Source: Coriobacteriia bacterium
GTDB lineage: Bacteria; Actinomycetota; Coriobacteriia; Anaerosomatales; JAAXUF01
Length of the DNA: 64,000 bases
Reading direction: 5' to 3'
Assembly (NCBI GenBank): GCA_038245725.1
Contig: JBBRSD010000004.1
Location: 107,599-171,598, forward strand
The notes beneath the pieces were generated by a model. It searched no databases. It saw nothing but the letters and a program-made list of their open reading frames with translations, and was not told where the DNA came from. Each line of letters opens with the position of its first letter. The stretch's first letter is position 1. Of the stretch, positions 26,472 through 36,602 are shown piece by piece. The position numbers were made by a program, and so were the translations under genes.

Positions 26472-27053
26472 TCACGTCTGCAGTGTCTGGAAGGCCCACT
26501 CTTCAAGCACTTCGTAGTGAGGACCTGCCTTGGACAACGTGCTCGCGAACAACGTAGCGGAAGGGACTGACAAGAACCCCGGCACCGACTCAGACAGGCG
26601 AGCGAGCGAGCTCCGCACGGCATCGCCAGCCTTTCTGGGCCTGCGTGTGCGCGCGAGGGTGACATGCGGCTTGAACGCGCGCGGTTCGAGCGGGATATCG
26701 AAATCCGCGGCTGCCCGTCCGATCACCGAGACAAGGTGTGCGCCCGCGCCCTCAGAATCGGAGTATGCCGCCCACAACATGCTTACCCGGCGCGCATTCG
26801 GGGCCGGGCGAAGCTCGACGAACCTCAGCGAGAACGGTCCGACGTCCGATAATCGATCCCCGATCGCTGCCGTCAGCCCGGGAATCGAATCCGGCGCCAC
26901 CTCCCCGAGGAACGCGAGCGTGACGTGGAGGTTCTCGGCAGCGACCCATTTCTGGTCGCGCCACGCGGGATCGGCTTCACCGACAGCACTGTGCACCGAC
27001 GCAAGCGCATCGCGCGTCTCGGCCGGAAGTCGGATGCCGACGAAACATCGCAT
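26472..27053 (-). CDS. thpR: RNA 2',3'-cyclic phosphodiesterase / 2'-5' RNA ligase family
   Basis: ORF 26472-27188. Start set to ATG 27053 (ATGA overlap with the cinA stop). Two HxT motifs (LHVTLAFLG, PHVTLAR). Confidence 0.8.
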   Translation of the reverse strand: MRCFVGIRLPAETRDALASVHSAVGEADPAWRDQKWVAAENLHVTLAFLGEVAPDSIPGLTAAIGDRLSDVGPFSLRFVELRPAPNARRVSMLWAAYSDSEGAGAHLVSVIGRAAADFDIPLEPRAFKPHVTLARTRRPRKAGDAVRSSLARLSESVPGFLSVPSATLFASTLSKAGPHYEVLEEWAFQTLQT

Positions 27054-28282
27054 CAGCGCGTGCGGGCAGCCCGGCGCAGAAGGTCGAGGGCCGTAGATGT
27101 GGCTCGCGCGCGAATCGACTCGCGTGTGCCACGAGCGAAGAGCCTCGTCTCGGCGACGGTTCCGCCCTCGCTCGCGACGGCGAACCACACGAGCCCGACA
27201 GGCTTCTCGGCGGTGCCGCCCCTGGGGCCGGCGATTCCCGTGATGGCGACGGCGAGGTCGGCTCCGCTGAGAGTCCGCGCTCCTTCGGCCATCGCACGCG
27301 CGGCCTCTTCGCTGACCGCGCCATACTGCGCGAGCAGTCCCGGCTCGACGCCAAGAACCTCGATCTTCACCTCGTTCGCGTATGCCACGATGCCGCCCAG
27401 GAACGTCTCAGACGCGCCCGGGACGTCTGTGATGGCCGCCGATACGAGCCCGCCCGTGCACGACTCGGCGGTCGCAAGCGTGAGTCCGCGCTTCGTGCAC
27501 TCCCCTAGGAGCGCCGTCGCGAGCGATGAGCCATCCGTCGAGTAGCACGCCTCGCCGATCTCACTCGCAACCGCCTGGGCAGCACCATCGATATCCTCCG
27601 CTCCGGCGCCGTCGTCGATCAACAGCACGTGCACGTCGCCGGGTCTGGCCAGCACGGTGAGGGTGATGCCGCCGTAACCAGCCAGTGCTCGCTGCGCGGC
27701 ATGTTGGACGTCTGACTCGCCCATACCGGTGACGCCGAGTTCGGCGGGAGCCGAACGCATCGGCTCGAAGCGCGCCAGCGCCTCGGCGAGCATCGGTCGC
27801 ATCTCCGAAGGCGGTCCCGGTAGCAGCACGAGGAGCCCGCCGGCAGTGGACACCATCTGGCCGGGTGCGGTTCCCGTGATAGCAGGCAACACCTCGGCGC
27901 CACCGAGCACGAGAGCCTGAGTGAGCACCGCTTCGGCCGACGCCGGGTCGAGGTGCCGCGCTTGAACGTCTCGCAGTCGCTTGACGATCTCAGGGTCGCT
28001 CGTCAGCCGAACGCCGAGCGCACGCGCAGCCGCGTCTCGAGTGATGTCGTCGTGGGTCGGCCCGAGACCGCCGGTCGTGACGACGAGCGCACAGCTCGTG
28101 CACAGGCGTGCAAGCGCGAGCGCGAGCACCTGCGGGTCGTCGCCGATGCTGAGCGCCTCGACGACGGTGAAGCCGCGCCGCGAGACCTCCCGCGCGATCT
28201 CCGCGGTGTTGGTGTCGACGCGCAGCCCCTCAGTGAGTTCGGAGCCGACGGTAACGATTGCGGCGGTGCCTCGTGAGATCAC
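27053..28282 (-). CDS. cinA: Competence/damage-inducible protein CinA (MoCF-like domain plus PncC NMN deamidase domain)
   Basis: VVTTGGLGPTHDDITR in the N-domain, TLATAESCTGGL in the C-domain. Confidence 0.9.
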   Translation of the reverse strand: MISRGTAAIVTVGSELTEGLRVDTNTAEIAREVSRRGFTVVEALSIGDDPQVLALALARLCTSCALVVTTGGLGPTHDDITRDAAARALGVRLTSDPEIVKRLRDVQARHLDPASAEAVLTQALVLGGAEVLPAITGTAPGQMVSTAGGLLVLLPGPPSEMRPMLAEALARFEPMRSAPAELGVTGMGESDVQHAAQRALAGYGGITLTVLARPGDVHVLLIDDGAGAEDIDGAAQAVASEIGEACYSTDGSSLATALLGECTKRGLTLATAESCTGGLVSAAITDVPGASETFLGGIVAYANEVKIEVLGVEPGLLAQYGAVSEEAARAMAEGARTLSGADLAVAITGIAGPRGGTAEKPVGLVWFAVASEGGTVAETRLFARGTRESIRARATSTALDLLRRAARTR

Positions 28283-28290
28283 AATTCTCC

Positions 28291-28995
28291 CTACGCTGTG
28301 GTTTCGTCGATCGCGTCGTCCGCGTTCTCCTCGGCGTCCCTTGCTAGCGCGGTGTCACCTGACCACGGGCCGATGAGAACCTCGCGGGCGTGAATGAAGT
28401 AGTCGACCATCGACACGACCGTCATGACGACAGCGGCTCCCATGACGCACCACGCCGTTATCTGTGCCCAGAGTTCGACTTGGACTCCCAGACCGGCGAT
28501 GAGCGAGCTGTCCTTCACGATGAACATGATGATCGCGATGATCTGCAAGACGGTCTTGAGCTTGCCGTACCACGACGCCGCTATGACCGTCCCTTCGGCT
28601 GAAGCGACCATGCGCAGGCCGGAAACGATGAACTCTCGGGCGATGATGACAAGCGCGACCCACGCCGGAAGGACTCGCATCTCGATGAGCGCCAGCAGCG
28701 CGGCGGTGACGAGGAGCTTGTCGGCGAGCGGGTCGAGGAACTTGCCGAAGGTCGTCACCTCGTTGCGCGAACGCGCGAGGTAGCCGTCGACCGCGTCGGT
28801 GGCGGCGACCACTCCGAAAACAGCGGCCGCGATCCACGGTCGCAGCACGTACACGATGTGGGGGGCCGAAAACCAGCGCGGCCAGTCCGCGAGAAGCACG
28901 AGCAGGAACACGGGGATGAGCACCATGCGCGAGAGGGTGACCGCATTAGCGGGGTTGAGCGGCATGGCACTGCCACTGCGGCGGGAGTCCGTCAC
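28291..28995 (-). CDS. pgsA: CDP-diacylglycerol--glycerol-3-phosphate 3-phosphatidyltransferase
   Basis: CDP-alcohol phosphatidyltransferase motif DGYLARSRNEVTTFGKFLDPLADKLL. GTG 28995 overlaps the rimO stop (GTGA). ATG 28965 is an alternative start. Confidence 0.85.
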   Translation of the reverse strand: MTDSRRSGSAMPLNPANAVTLSRMVLIPVFLLVLLADWPRWFSAPHIVYVLRPWIAAAVFGVVAATDAVDGYLARSRNEVTTFGKFLDPLADKLLVTAALLALIEMRVLPAWVALVIIAREFIVSGLRMVASAEGTVIAASWYGKLKTVLQIIAIIMFIVKDSSLIAGLGVQVELWAQITAWCVMGAAVVMTVVSMVDYFIHAREVLIGPWSGDTALARDAEENADDAIDETTA

Positions 28996-30299
28996 GCGAG
29001 CACCTCCCCTTCCAGGTCATAGCCGGCAGAATCCGCAATCTTCGCCGAGACGATCTGGCCGGGCTCGCCCCGGTCGAGCAGGACGAAGCCGTCGATCTCC
29101 GGTGCCTGCCCCCGCCAACGACCAACAACAACGTCCTCGTCCGGGTCCACACCCTCGACCAGCACGTCAACCACGCTGCCGACGCGCTGCGCAGCGCGCT
29201 CGAAACCGATCTCATCGGCGAGGTCACGTAGGCGCTGCGCACGGGCACGCCTCGTGCGCAGCGGCACCTGGGCGGGCATCTGCGCGGCTTCGGTGCCGTC
29301 TTCAGGTGAGTACACGAAGACTCCCACGTAGTCGAAGCGCGCGGCGGCGAGAAAGCGCTCGAGTTCACGGACGTCGGCGGCGGTCTCCCCCGGGAAGCCC
29401 GCGATCATCGTCGTGCGCAACACGACATCGGGCAGCACTTCGCGCACGCGCGCGATGAGCGACAGGAAGCTCTTCGCGTCGCCGGAGCGGCGCATCGCCC
29501 GGAGCACAGGTTTCGCGGCGTGCTGAAGCGGGATATCGAGGTAGTGGCAAACGTTGGGATTCTCAGCGATTGCCGCGAGAAGATCGCTTGTCACGCCGTC
29601 AGGCTGCACGTACATGAGACGCATCCAGTCGACGCCGGGAAGTGCGGCAACCGCACGCACGACGTCGGCAAGTTGCTCCGGCGCGTCGAGGTCGCGGCCG
29701 TACTCGGTGATGTCCTGGCCGATGAGGACGAGCTCGCGCGCACCGAGTGCGACAAGCTCGTGAGCCTCGGCGACGATCGCCTCAAGAGGTGTGCTGACGT
29801 ACCGCCCGCGGATCGAAGGGATCGTGCAGTACGCGCAGGCGCGATGGCAGCCGTCCGAGACCTGCAGGTACGCTGACGGTGCTCCACCGGTACGAGCGGG
29901 CGCATCCATGGGCGTCGTCGCGGCGGCGGGCACTCCAGTCACTCGCTCGAGGACTGCGAGCAGCGCGCCCTCCTCGGCGACCGGAACGAACGCGGCCACT
30001 TCCGGCAGCGAGGCCGTTAGCTCCGCACCGTAGCGCGCGGGCATGCAACCGGCCACGACTATGTGGCGCCCCGCGCGCTCCGGCAGCCACCCAGCGGCGA
30101 TGTCGAGCACGGTGTCGATGGACTCCTGAGTGGCGTCCTGGATGAAGGAGCACGTGTTGACGACGACGATGTCGGCGTCAACGGTTTCCGGCGCGAGAGA
30201 GTACGCGGAGGCTGAGATCACCGCGCGCATGCGGTCGGTGTCAACCTCGTTCTTCGGACAACCGAGTGTAATGAATGCAACAGAAGGGACGCGCGTCAC
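28992..30299 (-). CDS. rimO: Ribosomal protein S12 methylthiotransferase
   Basis: ORF 28992-30332. GTG 30299 preferred (GAAAGG 6 nt upstream). FITLGCPKNEVDTDRM, radical-SAM CHRACAYCTIP, C-terminal TRAM. rimO-pgsA-cinA order. Confidence 0.85.
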   Translation of the reverse strand: MTRVPSVAFITLGCPKNEVDTDRMRAVISASAYSLAPETVDADIVVVNTCSFIQDATQESIDTVLDIAAGWLPERAGRHIVVAGCMPARYGAELTASLPEVAAFVPVAEEGALLAVLERVTGVPAAATTPMDAPARTGGAPSAYLQVSDGCHRACAYCTIPSIRGRYVSTPLEAIVAEAHELVALGARELVLIGQDITEYGRDLDAPEQLADVVRAVAALPGVDWMRLMYVQPDGVTSDLLAAIAENPNVCHYLDIPLQHAAKPVLRAMRRSGDAKSFLSLIARVREVLPDVVLRTTMIAGFPGETAADVRELERFLAAARFDYVGVFVYSPEDGTEAAQMPAQVPLRTRRARAQRLRDLADEIGFERAAQRVGSVVDVLVEGVDPDEDVVVGRWRGQAPEIDGFVLLDRGEPGQIVSAKIADSAGYDLEGEVLA

Positions 30300-30390
30300 G
30301 AAACGCCTTTCGACGACGGGGCGGAAGCACAAGATGTGTTGCGTATTCTACCTCTGCCGGCAGTCTTGAGGTGCGCGGCCGCGCGCGGGC

Positions 30391-31923
30391 CTACGGCGCG
30401 ACCCTGATGAAGATCGGATCGGAGTACAGCCAGCAGTCGGCCCATGCCTTCTCGGCAGTGTTGGTGTTGATCGAGTCGATCAGCGGATTGCCCGCCGCGT
30501 CCGTCTGTCCGGCAAGGCCCAGGCCGAGGTTGGTTCCGCGCAACCTGATGTAGCTGCTGTGCTGCAGTCCGAACACGCGGAATGTGACGGTGTATTCCGT
30601 GCCCTTCGGTCCGCTTCCGGTCCACGGGGTCGCCGGCTTGCGCCGCAGGAGAACCCGCGCCGAGCTGTTCGTCGCCAAGAGATACGCCGTCGTTCCGGGC
30701 TTCGCCTTCGCGTGAGTCAGCCCGTAGATGAGGTCGAGATGGTCGAGTACCGGCTTGCCGGGGCCGGTTCGGCTCGACGGCACTCGGAAGACAACCGTCA
30801 CGGTCACGTCGGCACCGGGACGCACGACGAGCGTCTGGCCCATCGTGGCCGACGATGTTGCGTTCGCAGCCCGAAACGACAACCGGTCGACAAGGCCACC
30901 CGTCACCGTAAACGAGTTGCCATAGCGCATTCCCCCTACGATGTCTGCGTATGACGTGCTCTTCGCGAAGGTGAACGTCTTGGCGTACTCGCCAGGCCAG
31001 AAGTCATTGACCGGGTTGTGGAAGTCGGAGTCCGCGAAGACCCAGAAGTGCCTCCCCTCTCCGAGAAGCGAGTCCCAGACGCCGCCCACACGCGCCAGGA
31101 AGTAGTCGGCGCCTCCGTACGTTCGCGCGAATCTCGTGCGCGATCCGAGGCTGAAACCGTAGTCACCTCGGGCGGCAAGCTTCTGATGACCGACGATTCC
31201 TTCGAATCCGAACGCGACGCCCGGGGCGGCATTGTTGAGGTCGCGCAGGTCCTTTACCGATATGTCGAGCTTGCGCGAGGGGTGGTTGACCACGACATAG
31301 CTCGACGTCGCGTAGTGCGCCTTGAGCCATTTCACAGCGATGATCGCATCGGCCCTCGTGCGGTTGTGCTTCGCGAGAGTGGGCCTCGCGGTACTCGCGT
31401 CTTTCGAGTCGAAGCGGTACTCGAACTCCGAGATCGCCGCCGGCTGGTTCTCCACGATGCCTACGCCGGCGTGGTCGTGGCCTGGAACATGCCACTCGAG
31501 ACCCTGGATCACGCGCTGTGCCGGATGTGCGTTTCGCGCGGCGACGACGGCCGGATACCCGTATCTCACGAGGGTCTTCCACATCCACGACGTGGGCGAA
31601 AGAGTCCCACCACCGGGTCCATGGACCGACACGCCACCGTGATCGGTCGCCGTGAACCAGTCGAGGCCATGGGCGAACGCCTCGGTCGCGACTTCGGACT
31701 CGCTTCGTGCACCATCCGGCGACAACCACGTGTGCGTGTGCAGGTCGCCCGCGAGGTAGCGTGCGGAGACAGATGAGGCGATCTGTGAAGTTGGCGTCGC
31801 AACTCCAACGCGCGCTGCACCAAACCCGGCGAATCCCAGACTCGCGCCGAGCGCTCCCGCCAGGACAACGCAGGCGACAACTCCCCACGCGCTGCCGCGA
31901 TGCGATATCGTTCCTGGCTTCAT
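30391..31923 (-). CDS. Secreted PHP-superfamily-like metallohydrolase of unknown function
   Basis: ORF 30391-31962. Start set to ATG 31923 after GGAGGG. Signal/TM segment WGVVACVVLAGALGASLGFAGFG. GDLHTHTWLSPDG ... TATDHGG ... WHVPGHDH His-rich metal motifs. The family assignment is only my pattern recall. Confidence 0.55.
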   Translation of the reverse strand: MKPGTISHRGSAWGVVACVVLAGALGASLGFAGFGAARVGVATPTSQIASSVSARYLAGDLHTHTWLSPDGARSESEVATEAFAHGLDWFTATDHGGVSVHGPGGGTLSPTSWMWKTLVRYGYPAVVAARNAHPAQRVIQGLEWHVPGHDHAGVGIVENQPAAISEFEYRFDSKDASTARPTLAKHNRTRADAIIAVKWLKAHYATSSYVVVNHPSRKLDISVKDLRDLNNAAPGVAFGFEGIVGHQKLAARGDYGFSLGSRTRFARTYGGADYFLARVGGVWDSLLGEGRHFWVFADSDFHNPVNDFWPGEYAKTFTFAKSTSYADIVGGMRYGNSFTVTGGLVDRLSFRAANATSSATMGQTLVVRPGADVTVTVVFRVPSSRTGPGKPVLDHLDLIYGLTHAKAKPGTTAYLLATNSSARVLLRRKPATPWTGSGPKGTEYTVTFRVFGLQHSSYIRLRGTNLGLGLAGQTDAAGNPLIDSINTNTAEKAWADCWLYSDPIFIRVAP

Positions 31924-31954
31924 GCGGGTCCCTCCAAGGGGTCTTTGCCCGACA

Positions 31955-32004
31955 TCAAGCAAGAAACGCGCACAGCCGAGAAGACCGTCTCGGCTGTGCG
32001 CGTT
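31955..32004 (-). terminator. Rho-independent terminator after yajQ
   Basis: Perfect 16-bp stem AACGCGCACAGCCGAG / CTCGGCTGTGCGCGTT with an 8-nt loop, followed on the minus strand by TCTTGCTTG. Confidence 0.75.
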
Positions 32005-32025
32005 CGTGATATCGGAAACTGAGGG

Positions 32026-32523
32026 TCAGCGATAGTTGCTGAACTGCAGCGGAATGCCGTAGTCGGCCTCTTTGACGAACGCGATCACCGACTGAAGCTC
32101 ATCGCGAACCGGTGCCGATACGCGAAGCTTGTCGCCCTCGATCTGCACCTTGACCTTGAACTTCCGGTCCTTGATGTCCTTGTTGATCTTGCGGGCCAGA
32201 TCCTGTTCTATGCCCATGACGATCGTACCGGTGATGCGAACCGTGCCCCCGCTTGCGGTCTCGGCCTTGCCCCACGAGACCGACTTCAGATCTATCTGCC
32301 GGCGCACGAGCTTGGTGTTGAGCACGTCGATGACCTGTTTGCCGATGAAGTCGCTCGGTGCATGCAGCGTGAACGTCTTCTCGGCCTTGCTGAACTCGAT
32401 CGTGGCGCCTGAGTCCTTCAGGTCGTAACGCTGAACGAGTTCCTTCAGCGTCTGCTGGAAAGCGTTATCGACCTCCTGCAAGTCGACCTCGGAGACGATG
32501 TCGAAGCTGTTGTCCTTGGCCAT
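32026..32523 (-). CDS. yajQ: YajQ family nucleotide (cyclic-di-GMP)-binding protein
   Basis: SFDIVSEVDLQEVDNA ... PLQFSNYR aligns end to end with E. coli YajQ as I recall it. Confidence 0.9.
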   Translation of the reverse strand: MAKDNSFDIVSEVDLQEVDNAFQQTLKELVQRYDLKDSGATIEFSKAEKTFTLHAPSDFIGKQVIDVLNTKLVRRQIDLKSVSWGKAETASGGTVRITGTIVMGIEQDLARKINKDIKDRKFKVKVQIEGDKLRVSAPVRDELQSVIAFVKEADYGIPLQFSNYR

Positions 32524-32550
32524 GGGTTCTCCTTTTGAAGCGGCGTGGGC

Positions 32551-33315
32551 TTAGGGCGCGGGGCTCGCGGTGAGGGTGACTGAGGGCAGGCCGCCGCTGT
32601 TGGGAATCGAGACCCTCTTACCGTCGCGGTAGACGGTGACCACCGATGGCTTCCCGATCCTGATCACGGCCTTCTTGGTGACCTGGAAGTCTTTGTGGTG
32701 CCCGCCGGTGATCGCGCCGGTGAAGGCGGAGTTGCCGTCAACGTTCACAACGATCCACGACGCCCCTCCGCTCGCGACCGACACTCGCGCGGTGAAGGGC
32801 GTGTACTTGGCCGGCGACTTCGAAGACGTTGAAACTGCGGGAGAGGTGGGGGCCGTAGCCTCTGCCGTGGGAGATCCCGTGGGAGTCGTGACTTGAGTTG
32901 CACCTGAGGGGATTGGCGGCGGCGCTTGCGGTCCCTGACGCAGCTTCACCGCCGCCCAGATGCCGAACGACAGCACCGCGAGAACGGCTACGACGATCAC
33001 CCCGACTCTCCATGGGACCTCGTGCTGCTGATTGCGCGGGGAAACCGCCTCACCGGGCGGAACGATCTCGTGGTAGACGCCGTGGCCCGTCTCGGAGCGA
33101 TACATCGCCAGCAGAGGAACTGTGTCGAGCTCCAGGTACCGCGCATAGCTCGTGATGTAGCCGCGAACGTAACCCGGGTTGGGAAGCCTGTCGTACTCCC
33201 CGTTCTCCAACGCTCCAAGCAACTTGCCGCGGATCTTCGTGTGCTCCTCGGCCTGATCGAGGGTGATGCCGAGCGAAATACGACGCTCGCGCAGCGTTTC
33301 TCCGAGTTGACCCAT
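32551..33315 (-). CDS. RodZ-like XRE-HTH membrane protein (HTH, TM helix, C-terminal DUF4115-like domain)
   Basis: LGETLRERRISLGITLDQAEEHTKIRGKLLGALENGEYDRLPNPGYVRGYITSYARYL, one TM helix, a P/T/S linker and a beta-rich C-terminus. Confidence 0.7.
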   Translation of the reverse strand: MGQLGETLRERRISLGITLDQAEEHTKIRGKLLGALENGEYDRLPNPGYVRGYITSYARYLELDTVPLLAMYRSETGHGVYHEIVPPGEAVSPRNQQHEVPWRVGVIVVAVLAVLSFGIWAAVKLRQGPQAPPPIPSGATQVTTPTGSPTAEATAPTSPAVSTSSKSPAKYTPFTARVSVASGGASWIVVNVDGNSAFTGAITGGHHKDFQVTKKAVIRIGKPSVVTVYRDGKRVSIPNSGGLPSVTLTASPAP

Positions 33316-33318
33316 GGC

Positions 33319-35559
33319 TTACCGGCCTTCCGCATCTTCGCGCTCGAAAGCGCGTATCGATTCCAGATCTTCGACGCTCGCGAGAACCTCTCGAGGCTTG
33401 CTACCGTCCGGCGGGCCGACTATCCCCTTCATCTCGAGCATATCCATGATTCTGCCTGCTCGAGCGTAGCCGACCTTCAGTCGCCGCTGTAGCATCGACG
33501 TGGAACCCAGACCGCTCGTGACGGTGATGTCCGCGGCTTCCCAGATAAGCGGATCGTCGTCACCGCCCGTATCGATCCCGCCCCCACCCGCCGAGGAGAT
33601 CTTGAGGTGCAGGATCTCCTCGTGGTAGTCGGGCTCGGCCTGCTTCTTGAGGTGAGACACGACTTCTTCGATCTCGGACTCCGAGACATAACAGCCCTGG
33701 ATGCGCTTTGGCTTCGGCCACGCAGGCTTGCTGAAGAGCATGTCGCCCAGACCGACGAGCTTCTCGGCGCCGGACTGGTCGAGGATGACCCGTGAATCGA
33801 TCGCACTCGCGACATTGAACGCGATGCGGTTCGTGATGTTGGCCTTGATGATGCCGGTGACGACGTTGGCCTCTGGACGCTGGGTCGCTACGACGAGGTG
33901 GATGCCCGCGGCGCGCGCGAGTTGCGCGATGCGGACGATCGAGTCCTCGACCTCCTTGGCTGCCACCATCATGAGGTCGGCGAGTTCGTCGATGACGATA
34001 ACGAGGTAAGGCAGTTCCACCGCACCTTCGGCACCCTTGCCGTCCTGGATCATCGCATTGTAGCCGCCGATGTTTCGCACGCCGGCGGCCTGCAGAACCT
34101 TCAGTCGGCGCTCCATCTCCGAGACTGACCATGCCAGTGCGCTCGCCGCCTCTTTCGGCTCGGTCACAACCGGCACGTAGAGGTGCGGCAGGCCGTTGTA
34201 GAGCGAGAGTTCGACGCGCTTCGGGTCGATGAGAATGAAGCGCACCTCTGCAGGAGTGGCGCGCATGAGTATCGACATGAGCATCGCGTTGATCGCAACC
34301 GACTTGCCCGACCCAGTCGTACCGCCGAGAAGCAGATGTGGCATCGCACCGAGGTCCTCAAGCACCGGTGAGCCGGCGACGTCCTTGCCGATGCCGAGCA
34401 GTAGCGGACCACCCTCCCCCGCTGGCGCGAGCACGTCGCCCAACGTGACTGAGGTCCGCCGGACGTTGGGCACCTCGATCCCTACGAGCGCCTTGCCGGG
34501 TATGGGGGCAAGGATCCGAACGGTGGAGGCTGCCAGCGATAGCGCAAGGTCATCGGCGAGCGCAGTGACCTTGGAGAGGCGCACGCCCTTGGCGATCTCG
34601 ACTTCAAACAGCGTCACGGTAGGACCGGCGACCCAGTCGACGACGCGCGCCGGGATGTCGAAGGTCGCAAGGGTTTCGCTGATGGCTATGGCCGTCGAGC
34701 GGAGCTCGGTGTCTGAGCTCTTGTGCGCCGCCGCCGACTCCGTCGTCTGCCCCAGCACGCTGAACGGAGGCAACTCGAAGCCCTCCATCGCCCGCGGGGC
34801 GACGCTGCGCGGCGTGGGAACGGTCTTTCGTGCGGCCTCCGGGTCGGGAGCACCGGCGGGGCGCCGTCGAGGCACGGCAACACTCGCGCCGCTCGCAGCG
34901 ACGGCGACGCCGTCCGCGTCGACCAACGGCACCGTGCGCGGTGCGCGCTCGCGTTTGAGTGCGGCGGGCTCCTTCTCGGCGGCCCGGGCTTGGACGCTCC
35001 CGCTTACCCACTCCACAAGGGCGGATATCGACAACCCCGTGACCACGCACCCCACGATCGCGAGTCCGGCGAGCAGCACGTAGCCGATCGGAGCACCGAG
35101 CGCCTTAAAGAGCGCCCACGCGACTCCCGCCCCAACATAGCCTCCGTGCAGCGGCAGCTGCTTTGCCGAGAAGAAGTCGTGGCCCGGAGTCGAGAGTGCC
35201 GCCATCGAGATGAACGAGAGCACGATGAATCCGAGTCCGAGCCCCGTGCGCCCCTCGTGGATCTCGGTTCGTACAAAGAAGCTCACGCCCCACACAAGCA
35301 GGAACACCGGGATCAGGTAGGCGCCGATTCCGAAGAGCATCTTCAGCCCGCCGGCACCAGCTTGCGCAGCAACGCCTGAGGACTTGCTCACGACCGCAAT
35401 GAACAGCGCGATAGCTATGACCGAGAGAACGACGCCGACGATGTCGCGGCGCGAACGGTCGTCCAGAAGACCCTGCGGCGCTTTGGCAGCAGCACGACCG
35501 CGCGATCGTTCTGACGCGCCGCGCGACGGCGTATTTGATGGCTTGCGGGGTGAAACCAT
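33319..35559 (-). CDS. ftsK: DNA translocase FtsK/SpoIIIE
   Basis: N-terminal TM helices, proline-rich linker, motor domain GGTTGSGKSV ... VIVIDELADLMM, C-terminal gamma wHTH (STSMLQRRLKVGYARAGRIMD). Confidence 0.95.
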   Translation of the reverse strand: MVSPRKPSNTPSRGASERSRGRAAAKAPQGLLDDRSRRDIVGVVLSVIAIALFIAVVSKSSGVAAQAGAGGLKMLFGIGAYLIPVFLLVWGVSFFVRTEIHEGRTGLGLGFIVLSFISMAALSTPGHDFFSAKQLPLHGGYVGAGVAWALFKALGAPIGYVLLAGLAIVGCVVTGLSISALVEWVSGSVQARAAEKEPAALKRERAPRTVPLVDADGVAVAASGASVAVPRRRPAGAPDPEAARKTVPTPRSVAPRAMEGFELPPFSVLGQTTESAAAHKSSDTELRSTAIAISETLATFDIPARVVDWVAGPTVTLFEVEIAKGVRLSKVTALADDLALSLAASTVRILAPIPGKALVGIEVPNVRRTSVTLGDVLAPAGEGGPLLLGIGKDVAGSPVLEDLGAMPHLLLGGTTGSGKSVAINAMLMSILMRATPAEVRFILIDPKRVELSLYNGLPHLYVPVVTEPKEAASALAWSVSEMERRLKVLQAAGVRNIGGYNAMIQDGKGAEGAVELPYLVIVIDELADLMMVAAKEVEDSIVRIAQLARAAGIHLVVATQRPEANVVTGIIKANITNRIAFNVASAIDSRVILDQSGAEKLVGLGDMLFSKPAWPKPKRIQGCYVSESEIEEVVSHLKKQAEPDYHEEILHLKISSAGGGGIDTGGDDDPLIWEAADITVTSGLGSTSMLQRRLKVGYARAGRIMDMLEMKGIVGPPDGSKPREVLASVEDLESIRAFEREDAEGR

Positions 35560-35648
35560 GTGAGCGACTCCAACTACGATTCAGGCTGCGATGTGATTAC
35601 ACGAATCCCTCAGGAGCCAGTATAGGGATTCCGAGTCCCCCAGGGGAG

Positions 35649-36599
35649 CTAACCTCGCAGAAAGAACACGGCGATCAGAAGCGCCCCCGCCGCCAGCCGG
35701 TACCACATGAAAACCGAGAACGAGTGCTTCTTCACGTACTCGAGCATCCAGCGCATGAGCAAGAACGACGTGATTGCGGATGCGACGAACCCGAGACCCC
35801 AGTCGAGCGAGAAGAGCTGGCCGCCGATGAAGTGGCGCAGGCCCCACGTCGCAGCACCGCCGATGATGGGCGCGGCCGCCATGAACGAGTACTTCGCCGT
35901 GTCTTGCCGAGAGATGCCGAGCGCTCGACCGGCGGTCATCGTTGCACCCGACCGCGAGACGCCGGGGATCAGCGCGACGGCCTGCGCCACGCCGATAAGT
36001 GCCGCCTTGCCCCACGTCATCGTCGAGATGTCATCCTGCCGACTGACGAACTTGTCGACCGCCCACAGCACGACGCCGAAGACCATCAGCGCCACGCCGA
36101 CCACAAGAGGCGCGTACCTGAAGCCCGTTGCAAGACCCTGGGCAGTTGTGAACGACGGCGTCGAGAAGGTCTCGATCTTCTCGTCGAGGAGCAAGCCGAA
36201 GACCGCTCCCGGAACAGAAGTGACGACAAGGAACCCGAGGAACTTGCGAGCAAACGCGGTTTCACGCATGGGGTCGATCGGCAGCTCGATGGGCTCCGCC
36301 CCTTGAGCGGCGTCGCTGAAGCGCGCGCGCCGAGAACGGCGCTGCGGGCGCGGATTGCCGAAAGCACTGCGGAACAGGTCGACCCAGTCACGCCACAGCG
36401 CGAACACGATGGCGAAGAAACTCCCCAGATGCAAAGCGATGTCGAACGCCGCCGCCGTGGACGCATCGGCGAGGAACGGGAAGTGGCCCTCGACTCCGAA
36501 CAGCCAAGGCAGCATGCGCAGGTGTGCGGTCGACGAGATCGGCAGAAACTCAGCGATCCCTTGAGCAATGCCGAGAATAATGGCCCAAACGTGGCCCAT
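35649..36599 (-). CDS. uppP: Undecaprenyl-diphosphate phosphatase
   Basis: GIAEFLPISSTAHL and PGVSRSGATM motifs. It carries a longer Arg-rich cytoplasmic loop than E. coli BacA. Confidence 0.9.
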   Translation of the reverse strand: MGHVWAIILGIAQGIAEFLPISSTAHLRMLPWLFGVEGHFPFLADASTAAAFDIALHLGSFFAIVFALWRDWVDLFRSAFGNPRPQRRSRRARFSDAAQGAEPIELPIDPMRETAFARKFLGFLVVTSVPGAVFGLLLDEKIETFSTPSFTTAQGLATGFRYAPLVVGVALMVFGVVLWAVDKFVSRQDDISTMTWGKAALIGVAQAVALIPGVSRSGATMTAGRALGISRQDTAKYSFMAAAPIIGGAATWGLRHFIGGQLFSLDWGLGFVASAITSFLLMRWMLEYVKKHSFSVFMWYRLAAGALLIAVFFLRG

Positions 36600-36602
36600 G
36601 GA

